Below, one piece after another: positions 1 to 13,480 of a stretch of DNA of 64,000 bases. Source of the stretch: the human T2T-CHM13v2.0 reference genome, Homo sapiens. How positions within the stretch are numbered: the stretch's first letter is position 1; each line of letters starts with the position of its first letter. A program made the translations under genes and the position numbers. The DNA lies in assembly GCF_009914755.1 (NCBI RefSeq), contig NC_060925.1; one strand, given 5' to 3'. The notes beneath the pieces were generated by a model. The model saw nothing but the letters and a program-made list of their open reading frames with translations. It ran no database searches and was not told the origin of the DNA.

Positions 1-59
1 TACATCTCTAAGGTTTTCATTGTGATGAACCGTTTACTATAGCAATCCACCACATGGAG

Positions 60-275
60 CAAGATTGCCGGGGTGCAAATTCCAGTTCTTCCATTTACTA
101 ACTCTGGCTTTGGGTGAGTTATGTAACCTCTTTGCTCACCTGTAAAACAGAGATATTAATAGTATTTAACTCATTAGGGTGAGGAAAATTTTTAGATTAA
201 AATAAATGTAAAGTTTCTAGAGCAGCGGCTGGTATGTAGTCAATATTGGATACATGATATTATTATTATTATTGC
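60..275 (+). mobile_element. MIR SINE fragment
   Basis: Resembles the MIR core: ccatttactaactctggctttgggtgagttatgtaacctct...tgtaaaacagagatattaatagta; boundaries approximate. Confidence 0.7.
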
Positions 276-435
276 ATTTCTGCTTATAAAATAATGATGG
301 TAACCATTTCTGCAATCGACACCAAAAATATAACTCTACAACGTTTGAAAATATTTTAAAGGAAAGCACTATATTATCTTGATATTACTATTGTGGCATT
401 TTCAATTTTATATTCTTTTTGTTTTTTATTCATAG

Positions 436-563
436 GTATAGGATGACCTCAGATGGTACCTTATTTATCAAAAATGCAGCTCCCAAAGATGCAGGGATCT
501 ATGGTTGCCTAGCAAGTAATTCAGCTGGAACAGATAAACAGAATTCTACTCTCAGATACATTG
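436..563 (+). CDS. HMCN1: HMCN1 coding exon (~exon 13), C-terminal half of an Ig domain: (R)YRMTSDGTLFIKNAAPKDAGIYGCLASNSAGTDKQNSTLRYI(E)
   Basis: Acceptor ttattcatag| at 435; Ig motif DAGIYGC; the frame continues into the next exon only with the non-canonical donor G|gcaagt at 564. Confidence 0.93.
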
Positions 564-2469
564 GCAAGTATAATCACTTTAAAAGGCAATTAAAATAGGA
601 TGAATATCACATCAAGCAATGCAAAAGTACTTTTTTGAAATATTAATATTAGTAATGCATACATGGTATTATACTTTATTATTCATTTCACACACTGATT
701 GAAGCAAATATTGTAACCAATTTAAGTTAAAAGTTCATAGAGTGAAAAGCTTCATTAGTCAACAGAAATCAAGGAAGCTTCCAGGTTATGGAATAATTTC
801 ATATTGTCCACAAAGTTCTATCTTTCCACTGTTCATCTGTTCTCTGCAATATTTTACTTTTAAATTAATAAATTCTATTTCCTTTCTAGCTTAACTTCCA
901 TTTTATAATTTCTACTTATATTAAAAACTGTGTATAATATAATTTTTACTTTTTATCTTCAATTTCCCTCTCCAAACTTAAACATTTATTGGAAGCGTAC
1001 TTCATGAAAATTATTCTACAGAATATTTCTATTTAATTTTGTCTTTCTTAGTCAAATAAAGGACAAAGGAATAATATACTCAGATCCAGGTTATAAATCG
1101 TGAATAATCAATGGCTAGCAGTCCACCCTTTCATTCATTCTTATTCAGTCTCATTCACAGTAAGATAATGAAACTGTCAGTAGAGAAGCAAGGATTCAAA
1201 AGAGATAATAAAGATAGAGAATTGTACTTGAAGGTATAGGTGAGGGAGAGAACCAAAATGTCACAAGTATTGAATTGAGAGCCTGGAAAGAAGTGGTCTC
1301 ATAATTTACATAATGGGGGTGGATATATACGGAAATATAACAAGGCAGACAGACAAGTACTACAGTGGGAGGTTGGCAGAGGGGAAGACTAATTCAGACG
1401 GAGGAATTAGCAAAGATTTCTCAAAGGAGACAGGATTTAGGCTCAGTCTGGAGGAATGAGTGGGATTTGAAAGGTTGTGGCAAAGGGCATTTTAGAAAGA
1501 GGAAATAGCTTTAGGAAAGGCAAAGAAGACAGGAGAGTAAAAGTCTGTTGTATTTTGGGCTATCAGTGAAGCTCTGTACCTTGTGATAAGTGAGGAACTG
1601 TAACAGGGTAAGGTTAAAAAAAAAGCTATGCACCCATTTATAATTTTTGAAAGAGAGTCTATGGAATTTTGAAGGCAGTAGGAATCACTGAAGGTATTCT
1701 AGCAGAGAAATTACATGATCTGTGAGAAGTTAACTTAGCTTTGTTTAAAAATACCTCAGCTGAAGCTAGGAAGTCCTAAAATATCTCGTTAAGAGAAAAT
1801 GTTTAAGTAAACTGAACCATTGGGCAAGCAAGTGAAGCAAACGGAGTGAAGAACAGAAATTTAGAGAATGTCTATATTTAGCATCACAGGGAAAAGAAGG
1901 GTCAAAACCAGGAGACTCTACTTTTTGTAAATGCAAATTTTAGGCTTGGACTGCAAATATCTTCCTGTAGTTAGACATGAATATCCTTAAAATGACGTAG
2001 AAAATGTTAACAAATTCATCTACGGTTGTATCATCCTCAAGTCTTAATTTAGCTGTCAGTCTTACCATTATCCCTCTTTTGACTATATTTTTCTTAGAAT
2101 TATTCCTCTCTCTGTTCTTTTAGTATTGTTTCTCTAAGATGTATTCTGATTTCTAAGATGTTTCTTTCCTTGTATAACTCTTTTTCATAAAGAACTTTCG
2201 ATTAGTTTCCTAAATTTTTTGGAGTTTATGATAATTATTTTTTGTTTTAGTCATTATTTTTTTCCTGATATCATTTCTTTGACCTTGATAAATGATCTTT
2301 TTATCACATACACCTATGTGCATGTGCATTACAAGAGTTTCTTTCGGTTTATAAATATTGAAATGGCCACAAGCACATAAATTTTTAAATTGGTTCATTT
2401 AGTAAACATAAACAAAATCCATCTGGTCTTGTGCTAAATGTTGACTATTTGCGTTTTTGTTTTTTTCAG

Positions 2470-2583
2470 AAGCCCCTAAGTTGATGGTAGTTCAGAGTGA
2501 GCTCTTGGTTGCCCTTGGGGATATAACCGTTATGGAATGCAAAACCTCTGGTATTCCTCCACCTCAAGTTAAATGGTTCAAAG
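2470..2583 (+). CDS. HMCN1: HMCN1 exon (~14): (E)APKLMVVQSELLVALGDITVMECKTSGIPPPQVKWFK(G)
   Basis: tttttcag| acceptor, |gtacat donor; Ig N-half with C...W; phase 1-1. Confidence 0.96.
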
Positions 2584-4747
2584 GTACATTTCTTCAATAT
2601 GTTTGTGTCTGGTTCACTTAGTTTTGTTTTCTTTTTTAAAAAAATGATTTGTTAAAACTTTGTTTTGGTGTGTGACTTAGCAGCCCCATAAAATGTGTTT
2701 ATGATCTCACTGGAGACAATAGTTCAAAATTCTCAACTCTGAATTTCAGGATTTGACATCTGGTATGGATTACAGGACTGTAAAAATCAAAGCAGGAAAA
2801 GTTCGCCTTTGCTAATCCAGCTGAACATTCTCTTTGTTAGTTTAGGATTGTTTCCTGAAGAAAATTGTCCAAGAATACTCAGTTAACGTTTAAAATAGCT
2901 CCGCTGATTTTAGTTCACTTTTCTTAGAGATGATGGCTCTCACTATTAAAAAGTTTTCTAGATTCACAAGGATACTTTCTATAAAGTGTTCAAATAAAGA
3001 TACACATTGAAGCTTACAGATAGTTGAAAGACAAATTATTTATTGATAGGTCAGCTACATCATACATGGTAAATGCTTGTCTCAACTATAGAAATTATCT
3101 TTCTATATTTGTGTCATAAAGATTGCACCTCTGTGATTCCATAATAAAATAACAGTTATATGCCACTTGTCCTTGGTGAGATACACTTGGATTCTGGTTC
3201 CCGCTCAGATGCTGACAGTAGATATCTGTGTAAAAAGCCCTGCTTCTGCTTCTGTTTCAGTTCTTCCAGTTACGGGAAAAAGAAAAAAAATCCTGCAAAC
3301 ACCCTAACTGGGAGGTTGCTAGGATTATTGAGATGCTGTTTGCAAAATACTTTTAAATTTTCAGATGAAAAGTGTTAAATAGTACAAAGCACTATTGTTA
3401 TGATTCTGTTTGTTAAATCACAAACATTTCCATAGCAACAGGTTGATGTCATAATCACAAAATTAGGAATTCACCTCAAGTTCAAACTCTTAGGGAACAT
3501 GAGGTGAAAAAGAAAGGCTTTATGTAGAAAATAAATAGTTTTAAATAATATAAATCAAAAGCAAGGTGGAAACTAGGAAGTAATGCCATTTTCCTGGTTG
3601 TCCATACTGAAAGATTTTTAGTCTTCATGTTTTCTCTGATAAGAAAGCATTTCTGAGTTTGCTCCTTAATCAGGTTTATGTTGGTTAACATAAACTAATT
3701 TTACTTTCTTAAAATACTTAAATTTTTGAATTGCCAAAGAAATCAGTACCAATTTCAAATTTACATCATAATTAAATATATCAAGAAAATATGTTATAGA
3801 CAGTATTTCTTTATTTTAAATGTCATTCAATAGTTTATCATGAAAATAAAAATTCAAAAAAGTAATGGAAATGCCAACTTCTATATATGTGTATATAGCA
3901 GAGTCTCACAAACAGTCTTTTATTCCCCCAAACTGGGACTGTGCTCCTTAATCAATTAGTCTTCATGCCCATCTTAAACCCAGAAATAGCTTGGAAACTA
4001 AAAGAGGAAATAGGGAACTAGGTACCCACTACATGAGAGATTCTAGAATTTACTCTCTGTTTCTTATCTCAACTATAGATATTACCGCTCAGTGGGTTCA
4101 ATAATCTATCATTTTGCTGTCCAAGTTATGAACCAACAGAGATAGAATATGGGCATTTGATACATTGTAAGATGTGTTCCCTGGGTTCATCAATAATAGG
4201 CAGAGCTGCCCTGACCTCCAGGATCAGGTCAACTAACATACCCTCCCAAGTTACAGGCAGACAATTTATGCATAAACAGAGTAGAGTTAGGACCACCAAG
4301 AGCAAATCTAGGGGACAAACTCCTGTGAATGCAAACTGGCCTCAAAATGGAGGGGGTTAGGAGCAGGTGGGCTTTCCAGTCCCACCTCTGCTGAGGACAA
4401 GACACCAGGAAGGCTGGGAAAATGCTACCTTATGGAAACCATAGGGGTGAGGAGGAAGAGTTCCTGCCTTCACCATAAGAATATCTTTTTCCTCATACCT
4501 TCCTTGAGGTGATTCTGATTGAATAAAGTAGGTGTTTGAAAGAAAAAAATGAACAAACTGTATTCCATTCAGACCATCAGAGAAAAGGAATTCCATAAGC
4601 ACAAATGCTCTCTTAAATTTTAGATCTTTTATTTTTAGAAATGAGCAATACAAAATGGGTTCAAAGGAGAATCAAAACACTACTGAAATCTTATAAAAAG
4701 TATATGTATGGTAAAATATTAAAGAAATTAGATTTATTCATTTAGAT

Positions 4748-5270
4748 CTGTTGTTCCTAAAATGTGGTTTGGAGACTCTAGGGGTTCCCACAATTCTTTC
4801 AGGGGATTCATGAGATCAAAATTATTTTCATAATAATACTAAGATGTTGCCTTTTTCATTCTTATTATCTCAAAAGTGAATAATGGAGTTTCTGGAGGCT
4901 ATGTGATGTGTGATGTCCAATAGAGTCAGTGGAGAAGCAAATATGAGCATTCAGCTGTCTTGTATTACACTACATTAGAGATTATAGAGATTTGCAAAAT
5001 GTGAAACACTGCCACTGTTCTCACTAACTTTCTCATGTTTTGAAAATACAATTTTAAAAATATAATATGTTCATTATGCTAAAATGTCATGCATTTATTA
5101 AAAATAAGTGAATGCATGTTTTTAATTTCTCAGTTTTATTTCTAAAATTATATATATATATATATAAATTACAAATAAACATAATCCACATAAAAATTCA
5201 CCAGGGTCCCCATTAATTTTTAACAGTACAGTTAAGAAGTTTTTAAACAAACATTTTTGATAACTACTTA
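4748..5270. mobile_element. Old non-autonomous hAT-Charlie-class DNA transposon (MER119-like)
   Basis: Start resembles the Charlie TIR (gttcctaaaatgtggtttgg...ggggttccc...tcaaaattattttcataataatactaag); family name recalled, boundaries approximate. Confidence 0.55.
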
Positions 5271-7008
5271 TCAATTATTTGAAAAGATCTTATGCCAGAG
5301 ATAATGATCTCTCTGTTAGTCTTTATATCCACAGAGGCCAAATTGAATTTAAACTGTAGAAAAAAGAGAACTCTCCTCAATGGTAATGACTGTAAACCCT
5401 AGGATATATTGTCAGTAAAGTTTATATATTTTACTATGTATAACATTCTTCTAGTCTTACCTAATATTAAAAGTAAATAGTCACTATTTTACTTCCATCT
5501 GAAAGGTTCTGTATTTATAGCTTCTCAATAATTTGATGAGTAACTTTTCAGTAGAAATCAAGAAAGGAGAATCTATCAAAATGTGATTAAAACAGAAACT
5601 TAATTGAACTAGTTTTTTCCAATTTATATTTTGTTTCATGACTGCTATTCTTTAAACATTTTTATTTTGATAGAAAGCTACTAGCAAAAAAGTCTTTATT
5701 TTATCCTGTTAATGTCCTCTGACATTTACAGAAGAAATATAAAGGGAAAGTGAATTCCAAAAATCTAAATGCATTTTAGTCCAAACATTTTAATACTTGA
5801 TGACCAGTGAGGTCAGATTGCATCCTCCTGTGGTGTGAGGAAAGTTTATGTCAACATCATCTGCTTTTATTTATAAAAATTTCTCAGAGGCATATCGACA
5901 CAGCTTTAGTTACTGCTCTCATTTTCACGTGGTATGTAGTAGCGAGTTTAAAAGCATGATTGAGGTTTTAAATATTGGAATGCTGAAAAATACTTCATTT
6001 TAGGCACTGACAGTTGGTTGCTGATGTAATTTTTTTCTCAAATTTAGAGCTCTTGTGACCTCCTTGCCTTTGAAAATTATATAAGCAGAAAGAGAATTGT
6101 CCATTTGTTGCCCCGAGTCTGTTGGCTGTTGCTGTTTGCAGTCTCCTAGAGAATTTTAGTACTAGCTCCTGAGTTGTGTTTGCTTCTTAGAAGCTAAGAC
6201 AGTTACTTCCATGGTCCTCATTCCAAGGTCAGATGGCTGGTGTATGATATTTTGGAGAATACCTTTTCAGGCTTGACATCTGGGAATGCTATGAAACTCT
6301 AAGAACAATGGCCCTCAAGATTCCTGGAAGTTTTTAAAATCCTGACATGTTTGATGTCACCCTTTACAAAAACAAACAAAAAAGATGTGGACACTGAGCT
6401 GGCATTAAACATCCAGTACTATGTACAGTACTATGTACTTTTTTATGATAGTGGTCATCCTGATTAATTCTATTCTTTGGAAAGGAGATGCCCTGGAGGA
6501 GGAGGAGGGGAAGCATAAGGAAAAGCCTAACCTAAATCATAGCTTTGTTGAGACATCTTCTGCCTTCAAATAAAAGTCATTCTTGGGAAATTCAAGGCAC
6601 TGGTCATTAGCAGAAATAAAATTCCTCTGGTCTCTCAAACATCTACTGAGTAACCAAATGCATCCTGCCACAAAGATGGTAGAAACTTCCTTTCAACCTT
6701 CATTTCCCCACTCCCTTGTTACCTAAGCTTTGGTTATGACTGCCAGGCTTTCCCGGTTCCCCAAGGTAGCTTCAAAGAGCTCCTCCTTTTTTATTTAGTT
6801 ACACATACAGATATAAATAGAAAATATTCATACACAGTTTATTACAGGTCTGAATTTTAGACTGTAGAAAGTGTCTATGTTGTGCCAAACACTTGTGTTT
6901 AAAAACTTTGCAATCAACTTTATTTGGAAGTTTTGAAATTAAACCAATAGCTGCATAAACAATTTTAATACTTTAGTGTTTAATGTTCTCCCCTTTGTTT
7001 TGACTTAG

Positions 7009-7167
7009 GAGATCTTGAGTTGAGGCCCTCAACATTCCTCATTATTGACCCTCTCTTGGGACTTTTGAAGATTCAAGAAACACAAGATCTGGATGCTGGC
7101 GATTATACCTGTGTAGCCATCAATGAGGCTGGAAGAGCAACTGGCAAGATAACTCTGGATGTTGGCT
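7009..7167 (+). CDS. HMCN1: HMCN1 exon (~15): GDLELRPSTFLIIDPLLGLLKIQETQDLDAGDYTCVAINEAGRATGKITLDVG(S)
   Basis: gacttag| and |gtaagc; DAGDYTC motif; overlaps ORF 7020..7202. Confidence 0.97.
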
Positions 7168-7330
7168 GTAAGCCTCCAGATCTTATAGGCCAATTTGTTT
7201 AGAAATTGATATGTTATTTTTCATGTTTAATAACCTTGAAATGGTTTGGTAGAATTATTCATCAGAATGGCAAAATTAGAGGGTGCATTTCAGATTAATA
7301 GAATAACAGTAGTTAGCATTTACTAGGTGC

Positions 7331-7633
7331 TTTCTTTCTTTTTTTTTTTTGATACGGAGTCTCACTCTGTCACCCAGGCTGGAGTGCAGTAGTGCTATCT
7401 CGGCTCACTGCAACCTCTGCACCCCATGTTCGAGCAATTCTCCTGCCTCAGCCTCCTGAGTAGCTGGGATTGCAGGCGCCTGCCACCATGCCCAGCTATT
7501 TTTTTGTATTTTTAGTAGAGGCGGGGTTTCACCATGTTGGCCAGGCTGGTCTTGAACTCCTGACCTCGTGATTCCCACCCACCTCAGCCTCCCAAAGTGC
7601 TGGGATTACAGCCATGAGCCACCACACTGGGCC
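7331..7633 (-). mobile_element. AluS (antisense to HMCN1), next to a MIR remnant
   Basis: Poly-T followed by gatacggagtctcactctgtcacccaggctggagtgcag...ctcccaaagtgctgggattaca. Confidence 0.95.
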
Positions 7634-9402
7634 ACTTTCTAGGTACCGTTCGCTGTGTCAAAAAATTTATACGGAAAGATCCTAAAATTATCTCCTTTTT
7701 ATAGATAAGGAAACTGAGGCTTATAAAGGCTAAGCAACTTGATCAGAGTTACAGAGTTAGGGAGGTGCAGAACCTGGATATTTGAACTCAAGTTGCTGTT
7801 TCCCTACAAAGAGTCATCCATTCTGCCACCGAATTTCTAAGTATCAACATCTGGAGGCCAGAAATTATACTTTGGCCCAAGATCATAATTTGAAGATATT
7901 GATGACAGCAAAGGTATCAGATTGTGCTTTTACTTAAAAAAATTCAATAGCAATTACTCTTCAGTGTATGAAATAAAGTACTACAAAAAAATGTCAATCA
8001 TAAAATGAAGATACAGTGTATGCAAGACAACCATATGTAGGTTACTCAAGAAGTTTGGTCCTCCCTTTTTTGTCTACCTCATGTCTCTTCACATTGTAGT
8101 CAAACATAAAACAGAGTTCAGTTTGTATGAAATAGAACCTGGCATTTAATTTTTAAGATAATTTAATATTTGTGTCACTTAGAACTTATAAAATATGACA
8201 TTGCATTCAATTGTCCTCTATTTTCACTTGTATATGATGATATTCATGCCAGACTGTTTTTTTTAAAGCAAAAGTTAGAACTGTAAAGAAAATGCTTTTT
8301 ATTTTTCTTAGAATATAGTAACACAAAACATTTTAGTTCCACTGTTTTAAGTCTTTAAATGAAAATTATGTCCTCCTAACTTGATATTTGTTTCATGTAA
8401 GCTAAATTTTTGCTTTCTGGGATCTTTTATGATCCCCTTGCCCCTGAACTGTCTGGTGAACACTCTGCATTCTTGGTGATTATGCCCTTGGGGGAGAATC
8501 AACAAAGCTGGAAATGACCACAAAGACCACTATAGAATCTGTCTAGGACACTGTAACACGTGTTTGAACCATGACTAAACTCTGTGGTTATTAAGAGAAA
8601 TGCCTTGAAAATAAGATTGGAACCTCTGGGTGGAGGGTAGCTCTGAATCTACTAGCAAGCAAGATGTAAAACACAGTAATGCTTTTAGACATGTAAGGCC
8701 CAAATAAAGAGGGTCACTACATAGAGAATTCTTGTTTACAAGAAATATACTGAGTACAACATTGTAATTCTCAACATTTTCTAGTTCTCCTTCTACCTCC
8801 TTCCGGCACAGATATTTTATGTTTACTCAACATTCTTTTAGACTTGTCTAGCTCTAGAGGAAGAGAGAAACAGTCTCAGTAATTTTTCCCAACAAAAAGG
8901 TAATTGCACCCTCAGTCCCCTCAAAGTTTGTAGAAATCCTAAGAATCTTTTGCACATGCTTCTTTGCTTACTTGCTGCCTTCTTGGTAATCCCTTTTAGC
9001 TTCTGGAATTTCCAGATTCCTTCTTCCATCCAGTGATACACCATATAAGGGTTCACACTATCTGTGTTGGGGTGACTTACATTGGATTAGGAAACAACCT
9101 AACAAATGTTTCGTATTTATGCTTTATTTCTTGAACAGAAGTGAATTTTATTTTATCTTCACTTATACTCAAGATCTTCATTCTCTGTGACCCTTTCTAA
9201 AACAATGGCTTTTCAACTTTTATTCTAGTAATTGTCCTGACAGAACCATCAACATAAGCCAAATTATTTGTTTATTGTAACCTTGACCATTGTTCACAAT
9301 TGCCAAATAACTTAGTATTAAAGTCAGTACCATTCATGTTTCTGTTATGCATTAACTATTTCCATATTTGCTGTTAGATCTTTCTCTTTGTAGCTCACAA
9401 TG

Positions 9403-9535
9403 TTAGGAGTTGCTTCATTTTTGAGGTTTGCTTGTCACTGATGCTACCTTGGCTGCCTACCTAGTGCCTGGTATTCTCATTTGCCTTGTTTTGTGATACC
9501 AGTACATATATTCTTTGACCTTGTGCTTGTTTTGT
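9403..9535 (+). repeat. 133-bp dispersed direct repeat, copy 1
   Basis: Matches 11355..11487 with 4 substitutions and no indels. Confidence 0.95.
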
Positions 9536-11354
9536 TGAATAACAAAGGTTGAACAGACCTTGTCTGTTCACATCACACTATTGTTACATATTCTAGCAGA
9601 TATAATATGTAAATGCTAAGAACCATGCAAATCACAGTTGCAGTGATAATTATAGTTATCACTATTAGGTTTAAAGGTAAACACACATCAAATCAAAACT
9701 TTCCCCAGAACTTATGTAGTGGTTAAGTAAATGGTGGACTCTGACAGAGAATGGGTTTTCTGCCTAAACTTTCCTCATCTATAAAATAATGATCTAAGTG
9801 GTACCTACCTCACTGGTTGGTTGTAAAGATAAAACGAGACATCATCCTAACGTACACCCAGCATATCAGCTGTTACTGCTGTTCCTCTAAAGCTGTTTAA
9901 TGAAACATGTATCATGTAAATGAATATTAACTTCACAAATTAAGTGGTCATTTTGATTCTTTGAACCTTGAAAAATCATATGGAAATGCCTATATAATAG
10001 CAGCTTAGTATTTAAGATTAAGCATTGGGATTTTAATGTGAAAGTCACCATTTCAGCTTAATTTTTTAAAGAAAGGGCTTGAGACAAGTTAAGTACTAAG
10101 CTTAGTAGTGCATAAAATTGTTCATTTGAGTTCCAAAACTATTGGGCATAAATTTAAGTAGCTTATGACTTAGGAAGAAAAGCATGCTTTTATCCATATC
10201 ATTTAGCTATTTGAGCTTTCAGATTGTTTTTGTGGGCATATTACTTCATATCAACAATACTAGATCAAAAAATTATGAAAAGGCTATTTAATACGATTTT
10301 TGAGTTCTAGCTTCTTGTAGTGAGTGCCCTTTTTCCTATTACTTATTATCATGGTTTTAAATTATGGACATTTCAGGTCAACAGGGAAAGTTACCAATGA
10401 TTTTTATCCTTTGTAAAAAGGGATAGTGGACTGTGAAGTCATTTGGAAGGAAAGAGGACTGGCTACATCAAACAAAAAGTTGGCTTGGCAGTGATTTTAT
10501 TTGTAGCATTCCATACCACACAGGGTTTGAGACTTAGACTGTGGTTTCATGCTTTGCGGTTTGGTGGAACCAAAACAATGTGTCCAGTCATTTTAGGAAA
10601 GAAAATCTCTGACTAAAATAATGCAAGAGTCACCACATGGAGTATATATATATTTAATTTTCCCTAAGGGAACTAGAATAATTTTATGGAATAATTTTTG
10701 CAGCAAGATGGTCAATCTGTTTGTGATTTTTATATTTGCAGAATAATGTGTGTACACAGCCATATCTATATGTAAGTTACAGCAAAGTTATACTGTGGCA
10801 TTAACCCTGTGCAGATCTCAAGATGCTTGCAAACAAATACTTAGGATCTCAGAGGATCAAACATCATCCTAACAGACTCTGTGAAGAAGCCAAAATTGAA
10901 ATTAACCATAGATACATTAAACTAACCACAGAAATTAACCATAGACTTATTAAACTCCAGTTGAGATTTAATAAGTTAACTCTATAATATGTTTAATGAG
11001 AGTTTATATCTCAGTGATTATTATATCCTAAATGATTAATAAGATCATCTCTTTTAACAACATGAGATAGGAAATGTTATTATGCCTTTTTTGTTCATGG
11101 GGATATTTTAACTGGAGGAGGTAAAATAATTTTCTCAAGCTTAGAGTTGCCATTTGAAGCCACTTAGTGTGCTCTTCACCTCTCTAAGCAAACAGCCTCC
11201 TCTGTAGAAGCACCGTGCACCGTACTACACTCACTGCTGTTCTTCTTCCCCATAGTTTCATTAATGTATTTACCATCTACTCACTGTAATTCACTTGGAG
11301 TTCATGTTGGCTACATTCAGGAGTAGGAAGTATTTAAAAAGCTTCTTGGCTGTA

Positions 11355-11487
11355 TTAGGAGTTGCTTCATTTTTGAAGTTTGCTTGTCATTGATGCTGCC
11401 TTGGCTGCTTACCTAGTGCCTGGTATTCTCATTTGCCTTGTTTTGTGATACCAGTACATATATTCTTTGACCTTGTGCTTGTTTTGT
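11355..11487 (+). repeat. 133-bp dispersed direct repeat, copy 2
   Basis: Matches 9403..9535 with 4 substitutions and no indels. Confidence 0.95.
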
Positions 11488-11894
11488 GCATAATGCTGTT
11501 CTCAAAGCTGCTTTACAATGGATGACTTCTCCTGTCTTAATTGAGTTTTGTTGGTACAGATTGAGGTTTGTTTATCCTTTTTAATTCCAGTTTGTTCTTG
11601 GCTTTCTTAGTTCTGAAAATTGAAATCTGCCTTCATTTTCACTGATGCCTGTGTTGTAATGTGTCAGTAAACTGGGTATTCTTCCAAGCAGTTGGTTGAT
11701 TCCAGGCTTCTGCATATCTTTGTGCTGTTCTGGAATTTGTTTTCTGTCCATCACCGCATTTACCTGCCCATACTCTGAGGCTAACATATCCAGAAACTTT
11801 TAAACTTAACTTCCATTTTTCAGAACAGCCATCTGCTTTAGAATAAATGATTTCCATTTATCCAGAGAAAAGTAACTAGGTCTTAGAGACTTCG

Positions 11895-12278
11895 TGTATT
11901 CGTCCGTTCTCACATTGCTATAAAGAAATTCCAAAGACTGGGTAATTTGTGAAGAAAAGAGGTTTAATTGGCTCACCGTTCTGCAGGCTCTACAGAAAGC
12001 ATGGCTAGGGAGGACTCAGGAAACTTATAATCATGGCAGAAGGCAAAAGGGAAGCAGGCACATCTTACATGGCCAGAGCAGAAGGAAGAGAGCAAAGGGG
12101 GAGGTGATACACACTTTTAAATCACCAGATCTCATGAGAATTCACTCACTATCCCGAGAACAGCAAGGGGGCAATCTGCCCCTATGATCCAATCACCTCC
12201 CACCAGGCCCCTCCTCCAAAATTGGGGATTACGATTCAACATGAGATTTGGGCAGGGACACAGATCCAAACCGTATCA
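11895..12278 (-). mobile_element. MSTA-type (ERVL-MaLR) solo LTR
   Basis: TG...CA ends (tgtattcgtcc...ccaaaccgtatca), gactgggtaattt...aaaagaggtttaattggctcac signature, 5-bp TSD cttcg/cttag. Confidence 0.88.
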
Positions 12279-12561
12279 CTTAGAATAAGCAAGCTATGAG
12301 CTATTCTATTAACTATGTTTAAATATGTTTAAAATATGTTTATTTTGCCTATTATTTTTATAAGTCAAATTTCCATATAGATGGATTAAGAAAAATCTAA
12401 ACACTGATACACGATTTATTTATAAAAATATATTGTTCAATTGTGGTATTTAACCTAATTTAATTTTGTTTAGGTTCAATAAATAAATAAGAGGGCTCTG
12501 AAATTGCCACGTGAAAGTTCAATGTACTGGGTGAAGGTTGCTGTACACACTTATGCACCAG

Positions 12562-12592
12562 ACACACACACACACACACACGCACACACACA
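12562..12592. repeat. (CA)n microsatellite, one interruption
   Basis: Read directly. Confidence 0.9.
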
Positions 12593-13279
12593 CTGTGTTA
12601 TTACTGAAGTGTTGTCATACTGATTTCAAAAATTCATTGACAAATATCCAGTGGCCATGAATAATGCCCAAAGTACTATGTTAGCTGCTGTAAAAGATAA
12701 AAATATGGTTACAAATATAAACTCTCTAGGAAATAAAAAACAAATGTAGTCTAACAACAGGTTGAATGTGGTGATTGCTATGAGAATGGTAGAGAGTGAG
12801 TTTTCTGAAACTTTAGAGAGGGAAGAAATCATGCTCATCTCAACTGGTAAGAGATGGCATCATAGAGGAGGGGCCTTTTAAACCAGATTAAAGATTGCCA
12901 ATATTTCAACAGCCAGAGATCAATAACAGACATTACATTTGTGGGAGATGTTAATAACAAGGTACTGATATGAGAAAGGTCAGTCCTTGCTTGGAGAAGA
13001 ACAAGGGATGTTGATTGCCCAGGTAGTAACATTTATAAAGGGAAATAATAGGAGATGAGGCTGCAAAGTTGGAGGAGGTTCTTTAACCTATGCTAAAAAA
13101 GCATTAATGCTGCTTGAGAGACAACTGTACATCAACTCCAGAATTCCCATGGGAAGAAAAGTGATCTCTGTAGGAATATTTATGAGCCTGCTAACTAGTG
13201 TGACTATGAGCAGTTGTGAGAACCCATAGAAAAGGGGAAGTTAATATAATCACAAAGAATGGTGACTCCAAAGTTGAAC

Positions 13280-13480
13280 TGACTTGGCTTTTAAGCCTGC
13301 TTCCATAATTCAACTCCATGTGACACTTAGCAAATTAACTATCTGTGTTTCAGTTTCTTCATCTATAAAATCAGAGTAATAACAATACCTACCCCATAGA
13401 GATATTGTGAAGATTAAATGAGGTAATAATGGACAGCACTTAACACAACCTCTGACTCTGTAAGTGGTAATTATCATTTC
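13280..13480 (+). mobile_element. MIR SINE
   Basis: tcagtttcttcatctataaaatcagagtaataacaatacctaccccatagagatattgtgaagattaaatgag. Confidence 0.8.

Noticed and set aside
9403-9535. Intronic snoRNA/scaRNA interpretation of the 133-bp repeat
   Set aside because: There is no properly placed ACA tail or terminal C/D box pair on the host (+) strand; kept only as a duplication.
12476-12492. Intronic polyadenylation signal (overlapping AATAAA)
   Set aside because: AATAAA is very frequent in DNA this AT-rich and cannot be supported without 3'-end sequencing.
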